Below, one piece after another: positions 11,301-22,854 of a DNA stretch of 64,000 nt. This stretch comes from Phoronis australis (taxonomy: Eukaryota; Animalia; Phoronida): contig NMRA01000819.1 of the NCBI GenBank assembly GCA_002633005.1, positions 31,521-95,520 of the forward strand. Direction: 5' to 3'. The stretch's first letter is position 1, and each line of letters starts with the position of its first letter. The position numbers were made by a program, and so were the translations under genes. The notes under the pieces were generated by a model. The model saw nothing but the letters and a program-made list of their open reading frames with translations. It was not told the origin of the DNA and made no database searches.

Positions 11301-14267
11301 CTGTGGCCAATAAACAGTATGAATAACACATTTACAATCTTGTCCCCGTTATGTTGACTCTCGTAGCATTTTCCTACAAAACTGATGCCCAACAATTATT
11401 TGTTGCATGTTTTTGCACATTTCAGATGAATATCTTGTATTCGTGAAATATTACATCCGCTGAATACATAGAAGTCACATTTAAAGCACCATTTTGCCCA
11501 TTAAACTTATAAGATATTTCTAATAGTATTCCTTACTGTCATAAGATTCTGTTTCAGATACCATTGTCAACGGAAATAGAATCCTATCACAATAAGGATA
11601 CTATATGAGACCCATTTCATAAGAGTAATTTCCATTTGATTTGATTTTCTTTCGTCAGGCAGCTTAACAGACACCGGATTGTTTAATTAATAGTTTAAAG
11701 GACTTTGTTAAATACAGGTGTAATAAGAATAGATCTTTTACCAAAAACAAGATATACCGTCATGTACACCATAATGAAATACTTTGAGAGACGAGGTTTT
11801 AAAACCAAATGAAAAATATCAAGTTTTGCTTGAGCATAACTATTGATGGATACAGAAGATAATTATGAAAGGCAGAGTAAACCACTACTGCACTAGTCAA
11901 AATTATGGAAGTGTAAACCATTACTGCACTAATCAAAAAAACCTGTTACTGAAGTCAAATTTTTGACAAAAATCCGATACTATAGGTTTCAAATTAAACT
12001 AGACAAGTGGCAACAAAATTCTGCCAAACTTGGACGAACTTAACGCCAAAGGTATTTTGGATCTTTAGTCAAACAATATTTAGTGCAACCTTATTTCACC
12101 TAATTGTTGACTGCTTATTTGTTGTCAGATGTCACAATTTTGAGTTAAGCTTTCGTCAAGACTTTGGCAGAATTGAATCAAGTTCTGGCGGAAAAGAAAT
12201 GAGTATTTAGTTTTAACACTGTCCAATCAGTCTCAACTGAAATATCATGAATTCCAATCACGTAATTACCGCATATTACCTCAACTCAATGACATTTGGA
12301 ACGATGCACTCATGGGGAACAGACACGACCTTAGGTTGACCTGTTGACCCTGATGTCATGACAACATAGGCGATGCCAGGCACACGAGTTTCAGGGATGC
12401 TGTGCTCAACACTCAGCAGTACGTATTCTGTCTGACTAGTGCAAAATGACATTACTGGATAGACAGGGTATGAAGAAAAGTCGAGCAACATCTGTATGGA
12501 GAGATGTGGATGTATGGACTTATTAATTAATCAACAAACACAATACAACATTTTGGTATATGGTACTGGCTCCTCAATTTATAACACAAGATGGTGGAAT
12601 ACGAAAATTATGTTTATGAACAATTTTCAATAAAACAGCAAGAAAACTTCACTTCATTGATACAATGTATATCGTACAGCTGTCCTCAACATACAAATGA
12701 TGACATTTGCATCATTGTTAACAAAAATGAATGCAGTGATCTATTATATTGTACAGTTATCCTCGACACAATGGAGTGATCTTTGAAAAGATGGAAATAT
12801 TGACTAATTTGGCAATTATTTTAGTTTGAATCTCAGGAAACTTTATATTTTGTATCAAGACATACTGCCACTAGCAAGTACATTGATAAATACGTAAAAT
12901 AACCAAGATATCAGTCATATGGGACTGAGCATTTAAACATTTATAAGACAATAGTCTATGTGATTAACTTTCAATTCCAGCACTTTACGAAGTAATATAA
13001 TGACATTTCCACTGCAATGGTCTTTGCATTGAACACAGTGCTATGTTTTGCATTGAACATAGTACTATGTTTTGCACTTAACATAGTACTATGTTTTGCA
13101 TTGAACATAGTGTTATGTTTTGCATTGAACATAGCACTATGTTTTGCGTTGAACATAGCACTATGTTTTGCATTGAACATTGTACTATGTTTTGCACTGA
13201 ACATAGTACTACGTTTGGCAGATTGAACATACTATGTTTTGCATTGAACATTGTTTTCATACTGTATTTTGAACGTGAATCAACTAAAGATATTCAACTA
13301 CTAATCACTGCAAGCAGTTCAATATTTATAAGCCACCTGCATGAACATTGGTTTTATAAGCCACTTACACGAACATTGGCTTTGCAACATACGATGTGTC
13401 TCACTCCTAGGCGCTTCAACAAGAGGTCAGTGTCATCCTTGGATTGACAGAAAGCAAATCCACACTTTATCGATAGAATCCTGTGGATAAACACACTATC
13501 AGACAAAACAGCATCGTTTTAAAAAGTACTGTGAAACAACTTTTCATTGAAGCAATTAATCAACAGTTTTGTTGTATCCTAACAAAACGTTAAAAAATTC
13601 AAATAGAGATGTGACATCCACAGACTCATACTTTGTCTATTAACTGTTTTGCATGTACACAAAAAGGACAGGTGTCGATATACGTCTTGGATGTCCTTTG
13701 AATAATCTCATTTTTCGTACAAGCATCCATTACAGGAACTATTTGTTTTCGACATAAAATCATTGCTTAATGAGCAATACAATAATTGACAAGAGAAATT
13801 ATGAACTCAGGTGAAAGTGAACAGCAAGTGAACAACAAAAGAACAACAAGTGAACAACAAGTGAACAAGTTTAGAAACGATAAAAGTATGAGGAGTTTTA
13901 AATCGCTTAGAACAAATTAACTTGGAGTCCAACATATGACAGAGACATCAATGACTTGGAGTCCAACATATGACAGAGACATAAATGACTTGGAGTCCAA
14001 CATATGACAGACACATAAACAACTTGGAGTCCAACATATGGCAAAGATATAAATGACTTGGAGTCCAAAATATGACAGAGATATAAATGACTTGGAGTCC
14101 AACATGTGACAGAGATATAAATGACTGTTCCCTGATAACTTTCAAGATGACTTTTGAGACATAAGAAAAACTTACCCAATCAAGCATGCCGGTGTGCTCA
14201 AGTTAATCGATGAACAGTATCCAATAATTTCTCCACTGTTGCAGTGTCCCTTTAAGACAGAACCAAC
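1557..14267 (-). CDS. AASDH: AASDH/ACSF4 beta-alanine-activating NRPS-like enzyme (adenylation + phosphopantetheine carrier + PQQ-like beta-propeller); spliced, partial. Exons: 14267-14176, 13480-13369, 12491-12280, 11175-10986, 10349-10123, 9430-9321, 6449-6274, 4997-4817, 3128-3043, 2392-1557
   Basis: Ten GT-AG exons join in compatible phase. Motifs appear in the expected order: YVVMTSGSTGQPK, SPLTFDPS, LVLGGE, YNIYGITE, PIGQPL, TGDM, GRIDDQVKRHGQR, PVTRHGKLD, carrier FVESGGTS, and propeller WTYNTGKCVDASPLVV. The first coding exon was not securely located and the remaining propeller exons lie left of the window. Confidence 0.93.
3043..3128 (-). CDS. AASDH: AASDH exon (A10 lysine and start of carrier domain), absent from the ORF track
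   Basis: GKLDKEKLRGLARDSQAQTMCRSISCLWM; completes HGKLD upstream and LWMEVLG downstream. Confidence 0.88.
3285..3460. repeat. Minisatellite, about 55 bp x 3
   Basis: actccaatctccgaccagcacaccaacagtacatatcctcagacccaaacccctac repeated. Confidence 0.85.
3617..3953. repeat. Minisatellite, 42 bp x about 8
   Basis: ccaatgcctaagtgagtccaacccagactgtgactaacccat repeated with variant units. Confidence 0.9.
4212..4572. repeat. 89 bp x 2 duplication followed by 38 bp x 4 minisatellite
   Basis: gtatctgctggtctgg at 4212 and 4301; gacttgatccttgctataaatgtgacatgtactaacta repeated from about 4416. Confidence 0.85.
4817..4997 (-). CDS. AASDH: AASDH exon (C-terminal adenylation subdomain)
   Basis: TMLQ...QLPPCYDPDIIVEVGEIPVTRHG; tttcag acceptor and gtagtt donor. 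Confidence 0.9.
5951..6107. repeat. Minisatellite, about 25 bp x 6
   Basis: gctaacatgataa(t/c)gcattacacagt repeated. Confidence 0.85.
6274..6449 (-). CDS. AASDH: AASDH exon (motifs A7-A8), absent from the ORF track
   Basis: Manual translation: GSNSRFCYVDNELTHSQFPVMRCTGDMVCRVGDSIVYEGRIDDQVKRHGQRMNLLRLQQ; ccctag acceptor and CAG/gttaaa donor. Confidence 0.9.
8401..8822. repeat. Perfect 19 bp minisatellite x about 22
   Basis: attgaccaatattaccaac head to tail with no spacers. Confidence 0.97.
9145..9339. repeat. 39 bp x 5 tandem repeat spanning an AASDH splice donor
   Basis: Units start at 9145, 9184, 9223, 9262 and 9301; each contains TATATAG/gtgaga on the minus strand. Confidence 0.95.
9321..9430 (-). 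CDS. AASDH: AASDH exon (PVPIGQPL...GVLYIG)
   Basis: ttacag acceptor and AG/gtgaga donor; A6-like GxLYIG motif. Confidence 0.88.
10123..10349 (-). CDS. AASDH: AASDH exon (adenylation motif A5)
   Basis: ATPSL...LRTLVLGGEMCP...IYNIYGITELSCWAT; gtgagt donor. Confidence 0.92.
10986..11175 (-). CDS. AASDH: AASDH exon (adenylation motif A4)
   Basis: SPLTFDPSIVELFTTLSVGASLLIVP; tttaag acceptor and ATG/gtatgt donor. Confidence 0.92.
12280..12491 (-). CDS. AASDH: AASDH exon with AMP-binding P-loop
   Basis: IAYVVMTSGSTGQPKVVSVPHECIVPN; atacag acceptor and AG/gtaat donor. Confidence 0.92.
13020..13255. repeat. Minisatellite, 24 bp x about 10
   Basis: gcattgaacatagtactatgtttt repeated; produces spurious repetitive ORFs. 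Confidence 0.92.
13369..13480 (-). CDS. AASDH: AASDH exon (ILSIKCGFAFCQSKDDTDLLLKRLGVRHIVCCKANVR)
   Basis: ccacag acceptor and gtaagt donor; phases 2 and 0 match both neighbours. Confidence 0.75.
13920..14126. repeat. Minisatellite, 35 bp x 6
   Basis: acttggagtccaacatatgacagagacataaatg-type unit. Confidence 0.9.
14176..14267 (-). CDS. AASDH: AASDH exon (VGSVLKGHCNSGEIIGYCSSINLSTPACLIG)
   Basis: tttcag acceptor and GG/gtaagt donor; phase 2 end fits the next exon; resembles the N-terminal adenylation region. Confidence 0.75.
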
Positions 14268-15708
14268 CTGAAACATTGGCATGACAAGAGAAACAGAGAT
14301 CTTTTAAGCAGAAGGTGTGTACAGAACAAACCCATGGAGCCTCAAACCTACAACAGCAGTGCCATTAGGCCCATAAACGTCTGGGCCCAACTGATCTTAT
14401 ATGCAAACCATATGCCCATGTGCCAATATACAAACCTCTTAAGTAAAAAACAGGCAGTGAAAAAGTCATTAATTTGGAAAAAGGCCCATGGGCAAAAGGC
14501 CATGAGTAAAAAACGCCAATGACTGCTGCAGGCTCTCAAGTGAATGGCGTTATGTGTGTTTTGAGATACCCCTCTTACCAAATGCTGTTACTAACAAGCA
14601 AAAGAAAAGCAAGAAGTCAATTTTTTAATTTAAAGAAATCAGGTACACCTACATGTAAAATGAATGTACAGAGGAGACATAACCTGGGCTTGTATGTGAA
14701 ACGACGGTGCATGTGCCAATATGCAAACCACTTGCAGTGGGTAAAAAAGGATTTTGAAAAAACACATTATTTTGTATATAGGCCATGCAATGAGCTCATT
14801 GGGTGCATGGGTAACAATGAATCAATTTAGAAGACTTGGAAGAAACTGTAACATTTTTAATGGCATTATGCAGTTTTTGTCAATTTGCCATAATCTGAAA
14901 GTAGTTAAAACTTTTATANAAAGGCCATGAGTAAAAAACGCCAATGACTGCTGCAGGCTCTCAAGTGAATGGCGTTATGTGTGTTTTGAGATACCCCTCT
15001 TACCAAATGCTGTTACTAACAAGCAAAAGAAAAGCAAGAACTTAAGTCAATTTTTTAATTTAAAGAAATCAGGTACACCTACATGTAAAATGAATGTACA
15101 GAGGAGACATAACCTGGGCTTGTATGTGAAACGACGGTGCATGCGCCAATATGCAAACCACTTGCAGTGGGTAAAAAAGGATTTTGAAAAAACACATTAT
15201 TTTGTATATAGGCCATGCAATGAGCTCATTGGGTGCATGGGTAACAATGAATCAATTTAGAAGACTTGGAAGAAACTGTAACATTTTTAATGGCATTATG
15301 CAGTTTTTGTCAATTTGCCATAATCTGAAAGTAGTTTGAATTTTTTTAGAAAACTTTTATAAAAAGTATTCTTTAAGTCAAAAGTATGACGCTAGGACCA
15401 AATCACACAATGCAAATGTCTGGCCAGCTGAATGGCTGTTGTATTAGTTGATTAGCCATTCCTGGCATCAGTGCAAAAGGCAAACTGTTATGTAAGAGAG
15501 ATGGGACTGACACTCCACAGGTGTCTTGGACATCCAGTATGTAGTCCTCAGAGTTGGAAAGCAAGGGAACACTGGTTGACTTTACACACTGCACCACACT
15601 CCTAACTTTCAGTTAAAATCTCAAGTTCAAAAAACCTTCTAATAGTAAGTACGTAAAATAGTCAAATTCACAAAAAATCAAAAACAGCAATATGCTTAAA
15701 TGCTTCAT

Positions 15709-15821
15709 GTCACCATGTCAGCAAGACAACCATCCACCACCATGTCAGCAAGACAAACAGCCACCACCATGTCAGCAAGACAAACAGCCACCACCATGTC
15801 AGCAAGACAACCAGCCACCAC
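15709..15821. repeat. Minisatellite, 27 bp x 4
   Basis: caccatgtcagcaagacaaacagccac repeated. Confidence 0.85.
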
Positions 15822-16003
15822 CTCAGCTATGAAAAAATAATAGGAAATGGGATGAAAAAGCTTCGCAGAGTGGTAGTTAACATCAGCATTTTCACCAGTG
15901 TACACCCTGTACATGTATAGTGGGGTCAGTCCCCCATGTGATCCACCAAAATAAATTTAATTAAACTGACCTCCATAATGATTGGCAGGAACTTCCCTTG
16001 TAG

Positions 16004-16306
16004 CCAGGATAGAGAGGAATATATAGGATGGTCTTAGATTACCCAGGATAGAGGAATATATAGGATGGCCTTAGATTACCCAGGATAGAGAGGAATATAT
16101 AGGATGGCCTTAAATTACCCAGGATAGAGAGGAATATATAGGATGGCCTTAGATTACCCAGGATAGAGAGGAATATATAGGATGGCCTTAGATTACCCAG
16201 GATAGAGAGGAATATATAGGATGGCCTTAGATTACCCAGGATAGAGGAATATATAGGATGGCCTTAGATTACCCGGGATAGAGGAATATATATGATGGCC
16301 TTAGAT
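16004..16306. repeat. Minisatellite, about 36-38 bp x 8
   Basis: ccaggatagagaggaatatataggatggccttagattac repeated. Confidence 0.92.
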
Positions 16307-18046
16307 TTTTTAAAGGGCCGGCTTTTGGACTGGGTCTGATTTATTTTCTGATTGATTTTGCTTCATATTTTGCATAAGTCCTGACATTTGCCCAATTCAT
16401 TTCTGAGAGTAGCGTGGACAGAATTCACACCTTTTGCCTCCATGATTGCAGCAAACTTGGCGATTCAAGGCAAAGAACTACTCAATCAAAAGTTGTTTGT
16501 TTTCTCTGCCAATCAATTTAGGGCAACATTGGATGTTGCTTGTTCATTTCTCCGTAAGACGAATACCAGTGGCTGCTTTTGGTGCACCTCTCATGTCATC
16601 AGTCAACTGAAATTGAGGTCATCTCATTAATTTGTAATGTGTTTCATTAGTGAATCCAACATCAATGATAACTACCATTCCATTCACAGCTCTTTGACTG
16701 TGACAATGAGCGACATTTGCAGTTTTGGAGAAGTAATTAGGAAAGTAATAATGGCATTTGGACCATCTGGGTGTGGTCTATCTTCTGTTATGAAACAACA
16801 TGTGCATTCAACACATTGTAATGAACATTGAGTCATGCTTTCTGCTGCAAAAAGGCGTAAAAACCGGATTATTTTACAAAACTGATCTATATTCTATGCA
16901 CCTGAACCTGATACGACATCCAGTTTCTGTTTTAGATTGTGCTGATGAAGTGGCTCAATTAACAAAATGTTTAAATACCAGTGCACATTTTTTCTGAGAA
17001 TGGAGGGGATGTATTTGGCCCATCAATGTCACTTTCTTGATACATCGCTGCGGTGTTGATAATCAGTGGCTAGTAACAGGGCCAAGAATCCGGAATGAGT
17101 TGTAAATCTCCATTCAGCTGTATGGGAGGCAAACCATTCAGCTGTATGGGAGGCAAACAATTCAGCAAAATTTGTACAAATTGCATTTTTGCAGATTATA
17201 ATGTTTGTATTTGGAACATGAGTTTGTATTTGGAGTATATAACTCCATTTTAATGTCATTGAATAAAGGAAAGGTTTATGCTGTCAATAACACTTATATT
17301 TCCACTTACTCTACTGTCCTATAAGATGGCTGTTTATAACACTGCGTAGCGCAGGGGTCACTGGAGTACCGACGCACTGCCAATGCTGGCAGGAACAAGG
17401 TGTGTTTGGTCAGAATTTTTGGTAAATTTGGACTCCCAGTTATGGAATCTTGTATAAACCCTTCTTCCCGAATGGCTGTTTGGCTGATTGTCAATATGTC
17501 CTAACAGATTTTAAAACTTCAGGAAAAAACGTCCAGTACCTAGAGAAAATAGCACAATCCCTGCATATGGAAATAACATGTACTAAGCCTTCAAAACTTG
17601 ATGAGGGTTCTGCTGTCCTAGGATATCAGAGTATTCCTTCCCTGACATTGGCCAGGCATGCTGGACACCCCTGTATGCAGGTTACGGGTGAGTATTTCAA
17701 ATTCATATTTAAACAGAACAACTTGACAACTTATCAAGTTATGTGGGAGGATATTGTGTGCTGATCAATAGACGTCAATAGATCAATAGACGTCAATAGA
17801 TAGTAACTCAGAAAAAAATACAACATAACGTTCCATCTTAACAAAAATCCAGTTTTCGGTAAACATCTTAAATCATCATTGAAAAGGTCAGCATTATTTT
17901 GACAAAAAAAATTTGTGGCATCTTTGGGGCATGTTTATTAATAAGCCTCCAACTCCAGGGCTGGAAATATAGAGCTCTATGACTGAGTACTGTATTCAGT
18001 GGCAGTATTGAGCAATTCTGTGCAGCACTGCTCAATACAATGGCCA

Positions 18047-18175
18047 GAACACTAGACAACGGTGAACACTAGACGACGGTGAACACTAGACGACGGTGAG
18101 CACTAGACGACGGCGAACACTAGACGACGATGAACACTAGACGACGGTGAACACTATAAACGACAGTGAACAGTA
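18047..18175. repeat. Minisatellite, 17 bp x about 7
   Basis: gaacactagacgacggt repeated. Confidence 0.88.
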
Positions 18176-18956
18176 GATAAGTGTGAGATAATTTACTTAT
18201 TCCTTCAAAGTTCTTTGAATGACAAGTAAATTATATGGGGAGTGACCCGAACTGAAACAGCTAGGAGGGGGACATTGACTGTTAATGGATGGTCTGTTTG
18301 ATGCAGTCTATTTGAGTTGCATTTACTTGTAGTCTCTCACTGGTCCAAAGATAGTGGTCCTATGTTGAATCTGCAGTCAGTGTGCAAAAGAACAAATATA
18401 AAGGACTTGGCTAATCACTCAACTTTGTCCAATTGTTCTTGGCTTGACTGGTAAGCACGATTAGTTTTGAAGCAAAAGCACCACGTTTAGAAATTTTGAT
18501 TTTTCACTATAGTTCCTGATTTGGAGGATTAATTTCATCTACTGTATAATTGTCGTATTATTCATTGATTACCTGTATTCTAAAAATTAGGAGCAACTAT
18601 ATTTGACTGATGTAGTATCCTTTTTTATTAATATGTAATTTTTTTCATGTCTCAAATATAGTTACATTCCACAACTTGTGTTGTTTTCTTATACGGTCTT
18701 ATATGCACACAAACACACAAGCACACACATGGGTCAGGACAGGGAACATACGTTCCAATCAGTTTAAAAATGTGGAGAGGTCAGTCTTCACAGGCACAGT
18801 TCTTGCAATTAAATATTTTATTTTTTCAATTTTGTAATAATTTAGTATTTCTGCTTTGAAAAACGGGTAGAGCGACATAAGTGAATAGTTTGCAATAACC
18901 AGAACAACATTGATAATCTAATTGCTACAGTCTTGAAAGCCAAACCAGAGGGTTAA

Positions 18957-19478
18957 AGGCGAAGGCAACCTTTTTCCATGTCATTTTGAGCTAAAATGAG
19001 GTGGGTTGGTTATCCTAGACATATTTTCCACTTAATTACAGCTTTTTGTAATTTTATTAATTACTCTTCCGCTACTCCGGAAGTGACGTTTTAGGAGGCA
19101 AGCGTTTCCTGTCACTTGGTTTTGCGTTGATTTTACCGTGCGAATCTGTTCTAGTCTACTTTTGTTTTATGCTGTTTTTCAACAATTGTCGCCACCACTT
19201 TCCATCGGTGAAAATTCTTCGGCAAGATATTTTAGTAGAGAACTCAACTACGTTGGATTTAGGGATTGTTTAGTGTGTTGTAAGCTGAAAATGGCTGGAG
19301 TCGGTGACCCGTATCACAGTGACAGTAGTGTGGGTGACGGAGACCTTGTTCACAGCAGTGGTGACGAGGAATTTTTTCACGGACATTCAGTGGGTGGGTA
19401 CATGTTTGAGCCCGAGTATAACGAGGCAGAGTACGCACAGGCACAGGCAGCTGTTGAGAGAAACGAGGCGGCTACTGA
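18957..19478 (+). mobile_element. Probable left end of a Kolobok-type DNA transposon with the N-terminus of a KolX/P2X7-ballast-like ORF (ATG at 19291), truncated by a gap
   Basis: Starts TTAA|AGG at 18953-18959. Acidic ORF MAGVGDPYHSDSS...GGYMFEPEYNEAE has the YxFEP motif I associate with this family. The right end is lost in the N gap. Confidence 0.5.
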
Positions 19479-20997
19479 NNNNNNNNNNNNNNNNNNNNNN
19501 NNNNNNNNNNNNNNNNNNNNNNNNNNNNNNNNNNNNNNNNNNNNNNNNNNNNNNNNNNNNNNNNNNNNNNNNNNNNNNNNNNNNNNNNNNNNNNNNNNNN
19601 NNNNNNNNNNNNNNNNNNNNNNNNNNNNNNNNNNNNNNNNNNNNNNNNNNNNNNNNNNNNNNNNNNNNNNNNNNNNNNNNNNNNNNNNNNNNNNNNNNNN
19701 NNNNNNNNNNNNNNNNNNNNNNNNNNNNNNNNNNNNNNNNNNNNNNNNNNNNNNNNNNNNNNNNNNNNNNNNNNNNNNNNNNNNNNNNNNNNNNNNNNNN
19801 NNNNNNNNNNNNNNNNNNNNNNNNNNNNNNNNNNNNNNNNNNNNNNNNNNNNNNNNNATAAATTTGACGTTTTTCAATTGTTGTCAACGTGATTCAGCTT
19901 AATAAAGTGATACCTAATTATTTATTGTCGCTTTTAATAATAGACTATGAGTTGAGAGTACCATCGTGCGCCAGTTTTTCTCGTAACGAGACAGAACACA
20001 TGTTTATTTCCGGACTAACAGTACAGGTCTTCGTTCTTAAACAACTTGAGGCTGCTGTTACGCGATCATCTGATATTCAAGTTTTTACGCCACGTCGGTG
20101 CTCCTTAATTATGCTCTTGAATATTTGGAAATTGTCTAAACCCCTGTATCACACCACACTTTTTCGTATTCGACTTTTCGTATGCAAAAAAGGTGTGTGT
20201 AAGCAGATGTTCCAACAAAAATTTTTGCTGGTGGCGTGACTCATACACAAATGTGCACAATATGGTTTCACGAGACTTTTGAGCCAAGTTCATGTGACGA
20301 AATCGAGAAGGGTTTTTAATTATCTTAAGAAAAGCTCCAGAGACATGTTAAGTGCCAGAAACTTACCAGGATGCCTGGATGGAAATTTCATTATTTGGCT
20401 ACAAAAACAAAAAAATATCTTACATGGGAGGGGAAACCCCACTGCCGACCTCCCCCCGCTCGGCGCCACGCGCCTAGGATTCGACCTTGGCGGGAATCTT
20501 AAACCCTCCCCTTGCTGAAAACGTAGATCCGCCACTGCAGTACTGAAGGGTGTCTTTCGTATTTTCTCAGACTAGGACAGTTCGAGCAGAGCGTCATCTT
20601 TGCAAGTGCTGAGCGTATGACTAAAAAGGCATCTAATGATTAATTATTCTGGCCAAGTAACATCTCAATTGGTCCCCGATATAAGCTTGCCGGGCAGGGG
20701 TCCTGTCTCAGTGACGGATGATAACGCTAAATGGTCGTGAGAGACCGTCCGGAGTTGGTATATGGTGCAACTCCGGACGGTCTGGGGTCAACAGAAAACC
20801 ACAGTTCAACTGTGAGTCTACACCAATGTGATAAACGAGAGTAGTTCTACTTGCTGCGTCAGCTGCAGGTATGCTTATCTCTTTTATGACACACAATGTG
20901 TGACTGGGCAAAGCTTTTTCAAAATAATGTGGATAAATCAGTGGAGTTTGAGACCCCTGAGGTCCCTGTCAAGTCCTCACGACAATTCTACGTTATG

Positions 20998-21141
20998 GAG
21001 GGGGCCAAGGGGGCCATGGACCCCTAAAATTCTCCCAGATTCCATTTGGCAGTTCGGGGTTGCGAACGTCTGACAGGTAAAATCCTGGCTGGCTAATACT
21101 CTGCCCTGACCCCCTAACTCAAAATCCTGTATCCGCCCCTG
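20998..21141 (+). mobile_element. Short MITE-like repeat (CAG(T/G)GGCGGAT-type termini), right part
   Basis: Body is closely similar to 58941-59088; ends in atccgcccctg. Related ends at about 20536 (gatccgccactg) and about 21310. Confidence 0.65.
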
Positions 21142-22854
21142 TCCCCCCCCCTTTGCTGCAAAAAAGTAAAATGACACGGAAATAAACGGGTGCATTTACT
21201 ATGTTGCGGTTAATCGTGAACAAGTACTTTAATGTGTGAGTGTACTTGTGTTGGACACAGACAGTACAAAATGAAAAATATCTCCTCATGATATCCTAGA
21301 TCTACCACTGGGTCCCTCGCCGATTTTCTTCGCAATTTTTTGCACTGATGAAATTTTCTTTCTGGCCTTTATTCTGGCCTCTATTTTGGATCAATATCTC
21401 TTCAAGCTTGCTGTTTACTTTGATTTGTTTGGCACCAGTTTTCTTATCCTCGACTATGACATTGGCTTTTCCTCTGATCGGTTATGGGAGGGAACATTTT
21501 TTTCTCGTGAGTAAAGCTTTTAGCTCCTTTTCGCAAATATCTGCACTGATTCTACTGCTGCGTGCCTTTCTGTACCCACGTAGTATCTAATAGTAACCCA
21601 ACAATTCAATAGGTGGCAGCACTTTGTCTTCAAATCGAGACACTTGCCTAGCACTAGGCCGCTGGATGTTACTACAAGTATTCGGCATGCAATACAATTG
21701 CCATCATTACAGCGTTCTGTCGTTCAGTAACTTTTCCAGACGTGAGGGGTACTGAACGTGCGATAACATCTGGCTCTTTTGTTAACTGCCCAGGTCAGTC
21801 TTTTGTCCCGTATGATAACAAGCAGGCCAATTATCTCCCAGGCTTCAAAGGAAACGTATGGTGGTTGCACGCTATTACCGAACGCGTATGAACACAGTCA
21901 AACCCAGTTAAGTTGGTCCCGTTTGGACAGAATAGACTGTCTTAACTTCTGTTGTAGTTGGACGATTTTGGTGCTTCAAAAACGGAACATGATCAGCATT
22001 TGACGAGGAATTCAGAAATGCTATAGGTTTAAGCTCAGATATGTTATAACTTAACTTTCATTTTTATCAGCCCAGCCCATGCAGTCAGGCTAGATACGAT
22101 CTGATCGGAGATTTGAGCAAATTATCGAACAAAAGAGAGCTGGCCCTCCAACTATAAATGCCAGAATGGAGTTAATCAGTCGTGTAAGATATTGGCTACG
22201 GGCGTAAACTTCCCAACTTGTTGTTGGGCCCTAGAATCGAACAAGTTGGGCTGCAACGGGATGTCGCCGTCATGATGAAAAACAATTATTTTCCCGCCAC
22301 CACTTGCAATATGAAATAGCCTGCCAGGGCACCAAGTCTTTTAACCCAACATAAAAAGTAAAATGCGGAACGACTGTAACGTCAGAAACTTGGCTTTAAA
22401 TGATCAGACATCTGTGAAGGAAGCTATAGTCTATGAATGGGCTCAACGCCTTGGTAACATGTTTACGCTGTTTCGTGTAATAGTTCGTTTGCTTCGTTTG
22501 CTTCCTCAAGAACTCATTTTGATAGAGGGGGGCTTTTTTCGAAAATCGTGATCGCGCCCTTTTCGTAGCGGTGATTCGAAAAATGCGGCAAAATGCTGAT
22601 CCGGGAATACAGATTTGTTTCAAATGAGATCAAAACTAATTTGACACTGGGAATGGGGAAAGGGTTAAAAAACGGGGAACCTGGAATGAGAATGGGAATC
22701 TACATGTACTAGGCAACAGGTTTAGAGGTCAAATCAGGTCATAAAGAACATGTACTGTTGCAGGTTTACAAAAAGGACTTCCGACATATATACATTACCC
22801 GTTTACTTGGGACTATATATCTATAGAGAGTGACGTCTGACAGCGTTCTCCATT

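Noticed and set aside
12971-14187. Repetitive ORFs (MFNAKHS, CFALNIVL, LDSKSFISLS) as repeat proteins
   Set aside because: They are translations of stop-poor intronic minisatellites in several frames.
16360-16830. Coding-like minus-strand composition
   Set aside because: Stops in all frames and no motif I can name.
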